Shown: in pieces, positions 34,801 through 47,171 of the stretch
How positions within the stretch are numbered: position 1 is the stretch's first letter
Layout of the letters: each line of letters begins with the position of its first letter
DNA from: Macrostomum lignano
Taxonomy: Eukaryota
Length of the DNA: 64,000 nucleotides
Assembly: GCA_002269645.1 (NCBI GenBank)
Contig: NIVC01002532.1
Coordinates: 11,195 to 75,194 of the forward strand
Reading direction: 5' to 3'
The notes under the pieces: model-generated
Seen by the model: the letters and a program-made list of their open reading frames with translations, nothing else
The model's database searches: none
Told to the model about the DNA's origin: nothing
Translations under genes and position numbers: made by a program

Positions 34801-37520
34801 AAGGCGATTTTAGCCGGAGCTCAGAGCATTGATGCAGCGACTCAGAACTACAAAGCTTGAGCTCAGAGCATTGATGCAGCGACTCAGAACCACAAAGCTT
34901 GAGCTCAGAGCATTGATGCAGCGACTCAGAACTACAAAGCTTGAGCTCAGAGCATTGATGCAGCGACTCAGAACCACAAAGCTTGAGCTCAGAGCATTGA
35001 TGCAGCGACTCAGAACTACAAAGCTTGAGCTCAGAGCATTGATGCAGCGACTCAGAACCACAAAGCTTGAGCTCAGAGCATTGATGCAGCGACTCAGAAC
35101 TACAAAGCTTGAGCTCAGAGCATTGATGCAGCGACTCAGAACCACAAAACTTGACCTCAGAGCATTGATGCAGCGACTCAGAACCACAAAGCTTGAGCTC
35201 AGTGCATTGATGCAGCGACTCAGAACCACAAAGCTTGAGCTCAGACAGAGTATTGATGTAGCGACTCAGAACTACAAAGCTTGAGCTCAGAGCATTGATG
35301 CAGCGACTCAGAACCACAAAGCTTGAGCTCAGAGCATTGATGTAGCGACTCAGAACTACAAAGCTTGAGCTCAGAGCATTGATGCAGCGACTCAGAACCA
35401 CAAAACTTGAGCTCAGAGCATTGATGCAGCGACTCAGAACCACAAAGCTTGAGCTCAGTGCATTGATGCAGCGACTCAGAACCACAAAGCTTGAGCTCAG
35501 ACAGAGTATTGATGTAGCGACTCAGAACCACAAAGCTTGAGCTCAGAGCATTGATGCAGCGACTCAAAACCTAGTAAATGTTCTTAGTACATGTATAGCC
35601 CGCAGTAAGGCTGCTGCCAGATCTTAAAGTACATTTACCCCGCCACTCCGCAGGTCCAGACCCGCATGGCGGAGATCGGCGGCCGTGTGCTGCCTGCCCC
35701 GAAGATCCAGTACGGCGGGCGCACCCGGGCCCAGGCGGTGCCGCAGCAGGGAGTCTGGGACATGCGCGGCAAGCAGTTCTTCGCCGGCATTGAGATCAAG
35801 GTGTGGGCCATCGCCTGCTTCGCTCCACAGCGCACCGTGCGGGAGGACATGCTGCGTCAGTTCACCCAGCAACTGCAGCGGATTTCGCAGGACGCCGGCA
35901 TGCTGATCAGCGGCCAGCCCTGCTTCTGCAAGTACGCCAACGGCCAGGACCAGGTGGAGCCGATGTTCCGCTATCTCAAGAACACTTTTGCTGGCCTGCA
36001 GCTCATTGTGGTGGTGCTGCCTGGCAAAACACCGGTAAGTGCTCAAGGCCTGCTGATAACTAATGCTCAAGGCCTGCTGATAACTAATGCTCAAGGCCTG
36101 CTGATAACTAATGCTCAAAGCCTGCTGATAACTAATGCTCAAGGCCTGCTGATAACTAATGCTCAAAGCCTGCTGATACCTGATGCTTGAGACCAACCGC
36201 ACCACCTACAGGTGTACGCCGAAGTGAAGCGAGTGGGCGACATCCTGTTCGGCCTGGCCACCCAGTGCGTGCAGGCCAAGAACGTGAACAAAACCTCGCC
36301 ACAGACGCTCAGCAATCTCTGCCTGAAGATCAACGTGAAGCTGGGCGGCATCAACTCCATCCTGGTGCCTGGCATGCGGCCGCCCGTGTTCCGCGAGCCC
36401 ATCATATTCATGGGCGGTGACGTGACCCACCCGCCCGCCGGAGACCGCGCCAAGCCGTCCATCGCCGCCGTGGTGGCCAGCATGGACGCCCACCCCAGCC
36501 GGTACGCGGCCACGGTTCGAGTCCAGGCCCACAGGGAGGAGAAAATCACCGAGCTGTGCGCCATGGTGCGGGAGCTGCTGCTGCACTTCTACCGCAGCAC
36601 CCGATTCAAGCCGACTCGCATTGTGTACTACCGGGATGGGGTCAGCGAGGGCCAGTTCATGGCGGTGCAGTCCCACGAGCTGCGCGCCATCCGGGAGGCC
36701 TGCACCCGCCTGGAGATGGGCTACCAGCCCGGCATCACCTTCGTGGTGGTGCAGAAGCGGCACCACACCCGCCTGTTCTGCGCCGACACCGCCGACCGCA
36801 TGGGCCGCAGCGGCAACATTCCGGCTGGCACAGCCGTGGACCAGACCATCACCCACCCGACTGAGTTCGACTTCTACCTGTGCAGCCATGCCGGCATTCA
36901 GGTAGGCCCTCAGTGCCTGGTGTACTCGCCTTGTACACAGCTGAATAGGGGCTCAAAGCCTCACCCCGCAGGTAGCCACCATGAGACAGGTGGCAAGTTA
37001 GGCTGAGCCCCCAGTTCCCAGGATAGCAGCTCTGAGTTGCGGTAGAAATACAGGGTAGGAGTTGCGAGTCTCGGCACATTCCAAAGGCTAGATGTACTCA
37101 GCCTTCAGATATTGAGTCCTCAACACCCTGGGCTGCAGCTCCCTGTCAATCTTGTTGTTTCCACGGCAATAAAGACGATCCCTAACCTCCGCACCCGTCC
37201 TGCAGGGCACCAGCAGGCCATCGCACTACCACGTGCTGTGGGATGACAACCGATTCTCGGCTGACGAGCTGCAGGTGCTGACCTACCAGCTGTGCCACAC
37301 CTATGTCCGCTGCACCCGCTCCGTCAGCATCCCCGCCCCCGCCTACTATGCCCACCTGGTGGCCTTCCGGGCCCGCTACCACCTGGTGGAGAAGGAGATC
37401 GACTCCGGCGAGGGCTCCCAGAAGAGCGGCAGCAACTCGGACGAGCGGAACAACCCGGCCGCTATGCTGAGGGCCGTCACCGTCCACCCCGAGTCCATGC
37501 GGGTCATGTACTTTGCCTGA
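31830..37520 (+). CDS. AGO2: Argonaute, miRNA/AGO clade, with intact DEDH slicer tetrad
   Basis: Exons 31830-32353, 33157-33844, 34147-34359, 35654-36034, 36212-36901, 37206-37520 (GT-AG, phases consistent). Motifs [15 protein letters not shown] (KGLKIEITH...RKYRV), [40 protein letters not shown]-terminal MYFA. Confidence 0.97.
32380..32681 (-). mobile_element. tRNA-derived SINE, copy 2 (Argonaute intron)
   Basis: Collinear with 5215-5566, same GGGGCCGTAGCCCAGCGG head on the minus strand; a further degenerate fragment lies at ~32800-32870. Confidence 0.85.
33858..34030. repeat. 31-bp tandem repeat (~5.5 copies) in Argonaute intron
   Basis: GAAGGGTTTCCTGTGCGCTACGGACTGGGAT. Confidence 0.93.
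34818..35568. repeat. 42-bp tandem repeat (~18 copies) in Argonaute intron
   Basis: GAGCTCAGAGCATTGATGCAGCGACTCAGAACCACAAAGCTT, with occasional 4-bp-insertion variants. Confidence 0.96.
36039..36180. repeat. 24-bp tandem repeat (6 copies) starting at an Argonaute splice donor
   Basis: TGCTCAAGGCCTGCTGATAACTAA. Confidence 0.95.
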
Positions 37521-37644
37521 CCCCGCAGGTCATGTACTTTGCCTGACCCCGCAGGTCATGTACTTTGCCTGACCCCGCAGGTCATGTACTTTGCCTGACC
37601 CCGCAGGTCATGTACTTTGCCTGACCCCGCAGGTCATGTACTTT
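37503..37644 (+). repeat. 26-bp tandem repeat containing the Argonaute terminal codons and stop
   Basis: GTCATGTACTTTGCCTGACCCCGCAG x5 plus a partial copy. Confidence 0.97.
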
Positions 37645-39998
37645 TTTCTATCTATGCTTAACGTTTTGTCCTTTCTGTGTGCTAATACAAATAATTATGC
37701 TAGAGCAATTTACAAAAATTACCGAAGCAGATATTTCCAATTGCATGTTTAATCAGGAGTTTCAGTTATTTATAATTGAATTGTTTTGCTGTTAGCTTTT
37801 GCACTACTGTTCTGTTTTTGACGCACAGATCTCTATGAAGACTCAGAAAATAACTGTTTTCAAAATGCAGAATTATCTAGATCTCTTTTTATTGCATCCG
37901 GGGCTTTCCAGCTCAGCAGGTGTGGGCAGGTAGAGCTGGGCCAACAGCAGTTTGAAACTGATAGCAGAAATTACTGTTAGCCTGTCTCCTCAAACACAGG
38001 GGCAGCTGAGCAAGTGCTGGCCTGGTTCGCAACCGGCTGCTCTCTGCCCCCCCCCCCCCCGACTCGGTCTCAGTTTGCCATCACGGTAGGAAATTTTGTG
38101 CAATCCTTATCTCGGATTGCCCGCATCTGCTCTAAGAAGATAGTTAATGATTCCCAAGGCACATACTATATTGATTAGTATTGTTTTGACATATTTACTG
38201 TGCTTAATCTGTTGTCTTTGCCTGCTCTCACGCACCGAATTCTTGACCGAGTTTTTTGAACAAGATTTTAACGCCAGCTGCCCGTTTTGGTGCGTGCATA
38301 ATCTGCATAATTATTGTGACATTTGACTTCTGATGACCACTTGCTAATCACGTTACTGTCAGTAGTAAGTCCGCTCGGTCACCGGCTAGTGCAGCTCCAG
38401 TATTGACTCTCTCACCGTGTTGAGCTCGCGCAACAACTGCACAAAATGCCAATGCCCTGCATACATTTGCCCTACTCATCGTAGCAATATGTGCGAATGA
38501 TTTCTGTCTACTGTCGCAGTACCTTTTTTGCTCGAATGGGCCTTTTTAATTGTGAAACATTTATGAACATCTTTGATTTGCTTTCAATTTTTTTAATCAG
38601 CTCGATACCGCTTTGATTTTTCATCCTTTATCATAACAAATAGATTCCCAGTCCTGATCCATAGTTGTGGATTCGTGTTTGAACTTCTTTATCCTCGCTT
38701 TCATGCCTGACATTGTATGCTACCCAACTCTGTACACACCTGACAGCTTCGTTCTCCGTGTACTTTTGTCGGTTCGGTCCGCTAGCCAAGTTCAGATCAA
38801 GTATTCAATGTTGTCAGTGCCTATCGGAGTCTTTGTTCCGCTCTGCTGTCACTCTTTTTCCAATTCAATTTTAGCGGCGCACCAACATTTTCACTCAGAT
38901 TTTATGATCAACAAATTTGCTGTTTGTCCTGCTTTGGTCCAGTCGCGCTCCCGCCTTTTACTGCGTCTGTCGCTGTGCGCTGCTCACTATATACTACTGC
39001 TAGCATTAATTTCCAATCAGTAGCATGTAGCGCGCATTGCTTGTATTCTGTCTGAGGCTGAGTTCTACCTGGCTGCGGCCGTCTGTGATACCTGGCTGTC
39101 TGTCCGAGCCTCCATCTCTGCACTGCTATTCGTTTCACCTTGAATTTCCCAAGCCTGTAATCCGCACACATTTATCCATAGCCATTTTAACCTGCGTGTC
39201 AGCAATTTTACCGCCTGTCTGCTACTGATTTTCGGTTCAGGTATTCGCTGCGCTTTTGTCCGCTTTCTCTATGCGCAATTTTCACCTTAGACCTTCTAAT
39301 CCGTTTGTTTATCTAGCCTGTTCAATCAGCTGATTTCTTACCTTTCCACTTCTAGCACTGTCTGATCCAGTTAATACAGTTGTGTCCTGTCCACTTTCTT
39401 TGGAGTGGTCGGAAAGTTTTGCTCAGCAATGGAAATTATCATTGAGCACAGTGCTCTCCGCCTTTGTCATTTAGTTTACATGGACACGGGACATAAATAA
39501 CACAGGAAGCCGGGACTTTTTGATCCGAGGGCAGGCGAGTGTCAAAACCTTTGCTGCTCTCAAGCTGCGGCTCCAGCTGCAGTCGCTCACCGCCTAATCA
39601 GCGCTCAACCGCAGCGCTGCAGGGTAGGCAGCTGCTGATCGCTGCCGTTCAGCGCCCTTGAAGGCGGCCAGCGGCTGCAGCTCCGCCGCGGTGCACTTTT
39701 TGTATTTTAAGTGTCTTGGGGGGTGCAAGGCGCTGGCCGCTAACCACATTAAATAGCTAATGCACTACGCTACTCATAGTGGCTCTCGGCTGCATACAGG
39801 CGTGAGCAGTCTGAAACCCACCGGATGTGCCTGTACTGAAATGCCCCATGAATTCCAATCTCCCATCGATCGTTGCTTTCCATTGGGGAAAGCTCTGTAA
39901 CTATTGGGTTGCAGAAACTGCTGCCTGCACTCCGAGGCCCTGTGCTCAATACGCATTCAAAGCATTGCGTCATCATCGCAGTTCAGTTTGCTTGTCCT

Positions 39999-42480
39999 TC
40001 AGTCCAGCGCCTCCGCAATGGTGTCCTGCTTGGCCACCTTGAGCCGGGCGAAGTGCTCAAAAACGACGTCGTCCGACTTTTTGGCCTCGCTGGAGCCGTC
40101 GACGGGCTTCGGATGGCTGAGGATCAGCGGCACCTCCAGCACCGCGTCCCGGCCGCCGAATCCGGTGAACACTCGGGCCTTCACCTGCGGACGGGGGGAG
40201 GGGCAGCTCAGGCGTGAGCGGGAAGTCGTCAGTTTGCATGCGGCTGTGCTGGCGCAACTTCAGGCGCACATTCCTACGCTACAACCGCAGTGCACGCACA
40301 CTCAAACAAGACTCAAACTATGTGCACCTGCCCTGACTTTCCCTCATCGCTGGGCAGCGCACACGGTGTTGTACTCACTCTACTTATCAGACTAATGTAT
40401 CCGCAATGCGAAATCGAACTCCATGAAAAAAGCAAAACTACCGCTGCACTCTGGCCTCTATAAAAACAGCGCATCTTTTACAGAAACACAAAAGAAACCC
40501 AGCCTCATTAATCTGTTAGTTTGCAGCACGGTGTTCTAATAAAAAAGTCTGCAATACGATTATAAGCTGATTAAATTAAATCCGCGTCTCCCGTCAACTC
40601 ACCACATATTGCACGATGATGCCAATGTTCTCCTTGTTGCGGAAGTCCCGGATGAGGGTGGAGCTGGCCAGGTTCGTGTCCTGGTACTTCATCTTCCCGT
40701 CCAGAGCCACACCAGCCTTTCCGGGTTGAGGATATTTGGGAGGGGTGGGGAAATTTCAAACAAAAGCACTAAATGTACTTGAGCTGAAAGCGGATATGAT
40801 GCAGTACATCATGCTACATATACGCTCGCACGTAAAAGCTAATACCCGTCTAAAGGACTTCCAAGCAGCCTTGTGCAGCATGATTTTCAACTGCCGCACT
40901 GGTTCTCATGTAGAAATTAGGTTGAAAACAACGGATATGAAGGCACAGTGGCAGATCAGAGACCTGCAAAGCACCTGTAACCCCCCACTCTATAAAGCAG
41001 GTGGGGCAGCTCCCGCACCTTGTTGCGGTTGTCAGCCAGGTTGGGCCGCAGCTTGAACGTCTCGCACCAGCCAGCCTGTCCAGGGGCCAGCGGAAAGCCC
41101 TTCTCCACCGACTCGCTGCAGATGACGTTCTTAATGGCCTTCTCCTTGAACAGCGTGATCTCGATGAGCTGCAGCAGCTTCAGGCTGAGGCCCTTCACCA
41201 CGTTGCTTGAGTAGTTGTCGATCACCACGCTGACCAGCACTGGCTCGCCGTGGTGGTGCAGCTCCTTGGCCAGCGAGACCTCTAGCCGCACGCTGCCGGA
41301 GTGCAGGTGGAAGGCCTTGTTGATCTCCGCCAACGGCCTGCCGACCTCTCCGGGCTTTGGGGACACGCAGGTCAGCCGCCGGATGGCCATCTTCACGGAC
41401 GAGTGGCCCTGCGGCTGGTCGTCTTTGCGCCTAGCAACGAACACCTGCACGTAGTATTCGACTCCGCAGGGCTCCTCCTCCTGCGAGCCGTCCGACACCG
41501 CCGTGCTCTGGATCATCAGCGACGGCGGGATGTCGTGCGGCAGCTGGAAGCTGAACGGATGCGCGTTCGAGAACTTCGACAGCAGGCTCGACTGCGGCGG
41601 ACGGGAGTGAAGTTGATGACTGCGGTGAGCTCAGGTTTAAAGCGCTCATTCTCATCTCTCCCATTGTTCTCCCTATTCCCAGGGTCACCCAAGCCACAAA
41701 GTTGCAGGTTGCGGGGCCGCGGAACAGGGGGCGGAGGGAGGCAAGGGTCCCTGATATTTGAGAATACTGCTGATCTGCGATGGCACCAAATTGGCACAAA
41801 ATATTGCGGTCAGGTCTGGGATCTGGGGACTCTTGCCCCCATAGGAAAACATTGCGGTCAGGTATGGGATCTGGGGACTCTTGCCCCCATAGGAAAACAT
41901 TGCGGTCAGGTCTGGGATCTGGGGACTCTTGCCCCCATAGGAAAACATTGCGGTCAGGTCTGGGATCTGGGGACTCTTGCCCCCATAGGAAAACATTGCG
42001 GTCAGGTATGGGATCTGGGGACTCTTGCCCCCATAGGAAAACATTGCGGTCAGGTCTGGGATCTGGGGACTCTTGCCCCCATAGCAAAACATTGCGGTCA
42101 GGTCTGGGATCTAAGGAATCTTGCCACCATAGCAAAAAATACATCTACGCTCAATCAGCGCCAAGGCCTTGTGGACGAACCTGCAGCGGCGTGAGCTTCT
42201 TGGCTGGCGTCTCACTCGGGTAGACCTGCGTGGCGGCGAAGAAGAAGTCCTTCTTGAACGAGACGCCGTTCATGACATTGTCCATGTCGCCCCGGCCGTA
42301 CCGGTACTCGCACTTGATGTGCGCGAACACCTTCTTGTCCGGCCCGATCCCGGGGTCCACCAGCACCGCCCCATCGATCAGGTCCATGGTGGCCAGATCG
42401 TCGAAGTAGTCCCGCTTGCCCAGGTAGCAGGTCAGGCGGCTGTTCGAGCTGCTCTTTTTGAATATCGGCCGGCCCGACAT
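39999..42480 (-). CDS. Arrestin (beta/visual-arrestin family), 4 exons, ~390 aa
   Basis: Exons 42480-42181, 41591-41019, 40716-40603, 40184-39999 (all phase 0). Motifs [60 protein letters not shown]. Confidence 0.93.
41800..42135. repeat. 48-bp tandem repeat (~7 copies) in arrestin intron 1
   Basis: AAAACATTGCGGTCAGGTCTGGGATCTGGGGACTCTTGCCCCCATAGG. Confidence 0.95.
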
Positions 42481-43059
42481 TGTGGCTGCTTCTGCTGCTG
42501 CGGGCTGCCGGGCTGCTGGGGAGATTTCTTCTGCTCCTGTGAGCAGCAGAGCGCGCCCCAATTTTATAGCAAAGCTCCTCCTGGTGTCGAGTTTCTTCCG
42601 GGCTGCTGCCTCACATGCCCCACCTGCCACACCTGTGATCACTTTGACAGACGTTTCGATGCCTCCATCGGCTAATCCCGAACTCTGATCTGCGGCACCT
42701 CGCGAAGCAGCAGCACCCAAGTTGTGGGGAGAAACCCAACTGCCGACTGCAAGCTCGACATCTGATCTGGTGGCGGTGCTGCAGTTGCGTGACTGAACAA
42801 CTCGATGCGACCCAGGCCTCTGCTGCTGCTGCTTCCCTGCTTCTGCTTCTGCTTTGCGAATGAATGCTCTGCGCTTCTCTCTCTTTGACTGAGTTTATTT
42901 TTTATGATAAGAGTTTTAATTATTGCTGCGCTGGCCCCGGTTGCGTGCGGCATCACGAGTTGCGGTGCGAATTCGCACTTAGTTGAGGAACGCGTGGCGG
43001 TGCAGATCTTCTATGGAATTGCCTGTTCAATGGATTTCTGACGGATGATGTGCGGTAAC

Positions 43060-43737
43060 TGGTAGATCGTGTTGGTGAATTGATGAGTGAGTGAATGAGA
43101 GGAGTAGATCGTGTGGGTGAATTGATGAGTGAGTGAATGAGAGGAGTAGATCGTGTGGGTGAATTGATGAGTGAGTGAATGAGAGGAGTAGATCGTGTTG
43201 GTGAATTGATGAGTGAGTGAATGAGAGGAGTAGATCGTGTTGGTGAATTGATGAGTGAGTGAATGAGAGGAGTAGATCGTGTTGGTGAATTGATGAGTGA
43301 GTGAATGAGAGGAGTAGATTGTGTTGGTGAATTGATGAGTGAGTGAATGAGAGGAGTAGATCGTGTGGGTGAATTGATGAGTGAGTGAATGAGAGGAGTA
43401 GATCGTGTTGGTGAATTGATGAGTGAGTGAATGAGAGGAGTAGATCGTGTTGGTGAATTGATGAGTGAGTGAATGAGAGGAGTAGATCGTGTTGGTGAAT
43501 TGATGAGTGAGTGAATGAGAGGAGTAGATCGTGTGGGTGAATTGATGAGTGAGTGAATGAGAGGAGTAGATCGTGTTGGTGAATTGATGAGTGAGTGAAT
43601 GAGAGGAGTAGATCGTGTTGGTGAATTGATGAGTGAGTGAATGAGAGGAGTAGATCGTGTTGGTGAATTGATGAGTGAGTGAATGAGAGGAGTAGATCGT
43701 GTGAGTGAATTGATGAGTGAGTGAATGAGAGGAGTGG
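43060..43737. repeat. 42-bp tandem repeat (~16 copies) upstream of arrestin
   Basis: GTGAATTGATGAGTGAGTGAATGAGAGGAGTAGATCGTGTTG. Confidence 0.96.
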
Positions 43738-44593
43738 AATCCATTTAGAATTTTGATTTACTAGAATCAATTTAACCAAAGTTTAGAATTTTCCAAAGTT
43801 AAGGTGGCTCTGAATTCCTGTCGCAGTGGTGGAATTTCATTTACCTTATTTTCATAATTTTATTTAGATTAAGCATATATATGATGAGTTCCAATGCTCC
43901 ATCAATGCTTATCCAGTATGTGCTTTATTTTCATTAATTATAAGATCAATCTTAGACTGAGGCTTTGAAAATCGCATGAATTAATTTTTATCCCAGCGAA
44001 ATTTCGAAACTCTACAATAATATCCAATTGCGATTCACTGCAGCTTGACGAATTTATTGGGAAATCACTCGATAGTCACGCTCAACCCCTGCTATTCATC
44101 TCGGGTGCAGGCCTGCTGACGCCTATCTGCGGCTCCAGGCTTTGCAGTGCAGAGCGGGGCCATGATCTGGCCATAAACCCAGCCCTGCACAAAGAAAGCC
44201 ATAAAACTTGGCCTCAGACTGCAGTTTCCGCCTCCCCCGGCCTGGGGCAGGAAAGTTGGCATGAGGCAGCACAGGCATCGATTTCTCTTCCCAGCGCTAA
44301 CTAATTAGGCCTGGCTTTGAGGCTGAGTGATTCAGAATGAAGGGTTCAGCCAGTGTACACCCGCTGCGTACACTTGGGGATCTGGGTGGCGGTGAATGCG
44401 GGCAGCCTGGCGTCCTCACGGCCTTCCATCCATCATGCAGTGCTGGGCGGGCATTATAGAGAGCTGCAGAGTTGCGGGGGTCCGGCCGCAATTCCTAACC
44501 CAGATTACTGTTGCTAGCTGCGTTCGGGTGAAATCATCTGCATTGAATTGCTGATGACTTGGCCACTTTAAATACCGAATTTCACTGTCAGAA

Positions 44594-46086
44594 ATGAGAC
44601 TCACGGATTGTGCTCAATTCCAGCGTCTGCTTTTTGGCCTGCCGCTGCTGCTTCTGCTGCAGCTCGGCTGTGGCAACTGTGAGTTCAGCTTGTTGTTTTT
44701 GACTAAACTCCAGCACTAACTCTAAACCCAACTTAGAACGCGCTAACACCGCCTAACACCAAATACTATGGTACCCTCATATTAACGCTTCAATACCAGA
44801 AGCACCGTGCTTGAGTTCCCCGTCTGCGGGAATCACAAAAACGCTTCAAATTGTCTAGATGCAATACGCCCTAGTGATTTAGCATTGCACACCAAATGTC
44901 CCGTCTCACACGCCACAAAACATGCCGTCTCACACGCCTCAAAACACCCCGTCTAACACGCCTCAAAACACCCCGTCTAACACGCCTCAAAACACCCCGT
45001 TTCACACGCCTCAAAACACCCCATTTAACACGCCTCAAAACACCCCGTCTCACACGCCTCAAAACACCCCGTCTAACACGCCTCAAACCACCCCGTCTCA
45101 CACGCCACAAACCACCCCGTCTCACACGCCACAAAACGCCTCGCCTCGGCAGGCCAGGACTTCTCCGTCGACACGATCGAGGGCTCGGACAAGAAGCTGG
45201 AGGTTCAGCCCCGGGCCATCGTAAACGCCACGAAGCCGAAAGGAGCCCAAAGTTTTCACTGCATTGTCTGCGACGACATGCTGGATGCCAACTGTGAGCC
45301 GTGGGACGAGTTCAGCCACAGCAAGAATTGCTACGAGGATCCGCGCATTGACAAGAGCCAGGCAGTGGGCTGCAGGAAGATGGTGCAGCAAGGTGAAGGG
45401 GATTTCGCACTTTGCAACGCAAGCCAGTCATCGCATTCACTAATTACGCAGCAAATCTGGGTCACATGACTGCCTCAGATGCCAAGAAAACTTAGGGCTA
45501 AAAATAGCCAATAATTACATGCACAAAATAAAGTGGGGCAATGCTTCGCCAACTCTCGCACTTTAGGCAGCAGAAGTACATGAAGGCTTGAAGACACAGC
45601 GAGTCGGAGGCATCCAAAACTCAACGATTTCTCGCAAACTTTGGATTTTCGTATTTCAGGGCAAAAAAATGACAGGTATTTTAGTATTTCCAAGCCTTGA
45701 TCGACATGAGCCTTGCTGCAAATATCCGGATGAACTTGCGAAGCTCTTCTACTGCCCTGCTGCTCTATTGGGTTTCGGGCGCATGCCGCATAAGTGTCAG
45801 AAATCCATAAAACCGAATCCTATGAATTGATATCCGTTTTAAAAGCGGCAGAAGACAGCAATTCCCCTGCATTCCAGTGCAAGGCCGGGTCTACGTCAGC
45901 AGGCAGTGCACCAACCTGGTGTCCGACAGCGTCCAGGGCTGCGTTGACCGGGTCGGCACCAAGAAGATCAAGGTGACCTACTGCCACTGCCGCGGCCGCC
46001 AGAACTGCAACACGGCTGCCTCACTGCGGGGCGGCCTGCAGCTGATGGGGCTGCCGCTGCTGCTGAGTCTGGCGGCTCTGTTCTGA
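44594..46086 (+). CDS. Ly6/uPAR three-finger protein, Quiver/Sleepless-like, predicted GPI-anchored, 3 exons, ~177 aa
   Basis: Exons 44594-44678 (signal peptide MRLTDCAQFQRLLFGLPLLLLLQLGCG), 45153-45392, 45878-46086 (phase 1, 1). Cys pattern CIVC...C...C...GCRKMVQ...SRQC...GC...YCHC...CN followed by a hydrophobic tail. Confidence 0.85.
44905..45140. repeat. 24-bp tandem repeat (~10 copies) in Ly6 gene intron 1
   Basis: ACACCCCGTCT(A/C)ACACGCCTCAAA. Confidence 0.93.
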
Positions 46087-47171
46087 GCAGCTGCTCACTC
46101 CAATAGATTCACTCGAGTGTTGAATATGACTGACAGGTCTCTGCTCTAATAAGTTTCTCTTTTATAACTTCCTTTAAACAGCAATAGCAATCATTTATCA
46201 ATGCATGTTATAAACTCGCCTTATGCTTTTATAGGTTTCCAAGTTCTTTAATTTTGTAGTAATAAAAATACCCTTTTCAACATAGCAAATGAGACAGCTA
46301 GTTTCTATTCTGTATGCCGAAAAATGCCCACCCGATTCAGGTAAAATAACAAAATTCCAACAATCAAGTCTATTTACTCCACATGTTCAGTTTTTACTGA
46401 TGATAAAATGACAACTCATTTTATAGTTTTATAATATTAGCAACATATATATAATACACCGTTTCTACTTGTGCTATTACTACACGTGATCTCAAACTAC
46501 CTGACGAAGAGCAATCAGACATTTTACCCCACGAATACCTTGTACTCGCATCTACGAGTAGCTAGCAGAGCCTGTAGCGGTCACAAAGTACAGTAAAACT
46601 GCCATACCTACCAGTACTGAAAAGTTTGCCGTCTTTTTTATGCCATTTCTCCTGCCTTTTACTGTCAATTCGCTAGTGGCTTTCTCAGTAATTTTTATAA
46701 CAAATATGCTGTTCTTTGCACATTACTGACAGTAGCACATTGATATATATATAACCTGTTTGTTCTTCGAATAAACAAAAATAAATAACAGATCAGTAAA
46801 GAGTGGACTCGGGATTTGCTGACTGGCGTCAACACTGGATGCGAGGGAAATAAGCATAATTAGTCTGGGCTAAGCACGCAAGATAGACGTAGTGCAATAC
46901 TCTAAACTTCTAGTGCCATAAAACTGAGAAAATTTTCACGGACAAGCTGGGCTTTCCACCTCAAGATTAAAATAGAAAAAAAACAGCAAAAATTACAGAA
47001 GCCACATCAGCCTGGTGTGGCTCACCACTAAAAGACAGACTTAGGCGGGGTTGGCTATCAGAAACCTCCATTTCTTAGAAACAAAAATATCAGAAGAATG
47101 TCAGACTCGGAGATTCAGCGTTGACCTTCGCATGGCCCTGACAGGTGCTCAGCCAGGTGCTCAGCCAGGGC

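Noticed and set aside
38660-39480. Possible decayed LINE/RNase H remnant on the minus strand (EKADKSA-like peptide)
   Set aside because: Only one short resemblance amid stops; not supportable without a translated search.
42953-43779. Periodic ORFs upstream of arrestin, and N-terminal extension of arrestin to 42720
   Set aside because: The periodic ORFs come from the 42-bp array; arrestin homology and a good Kozak context start at ATG 42480.
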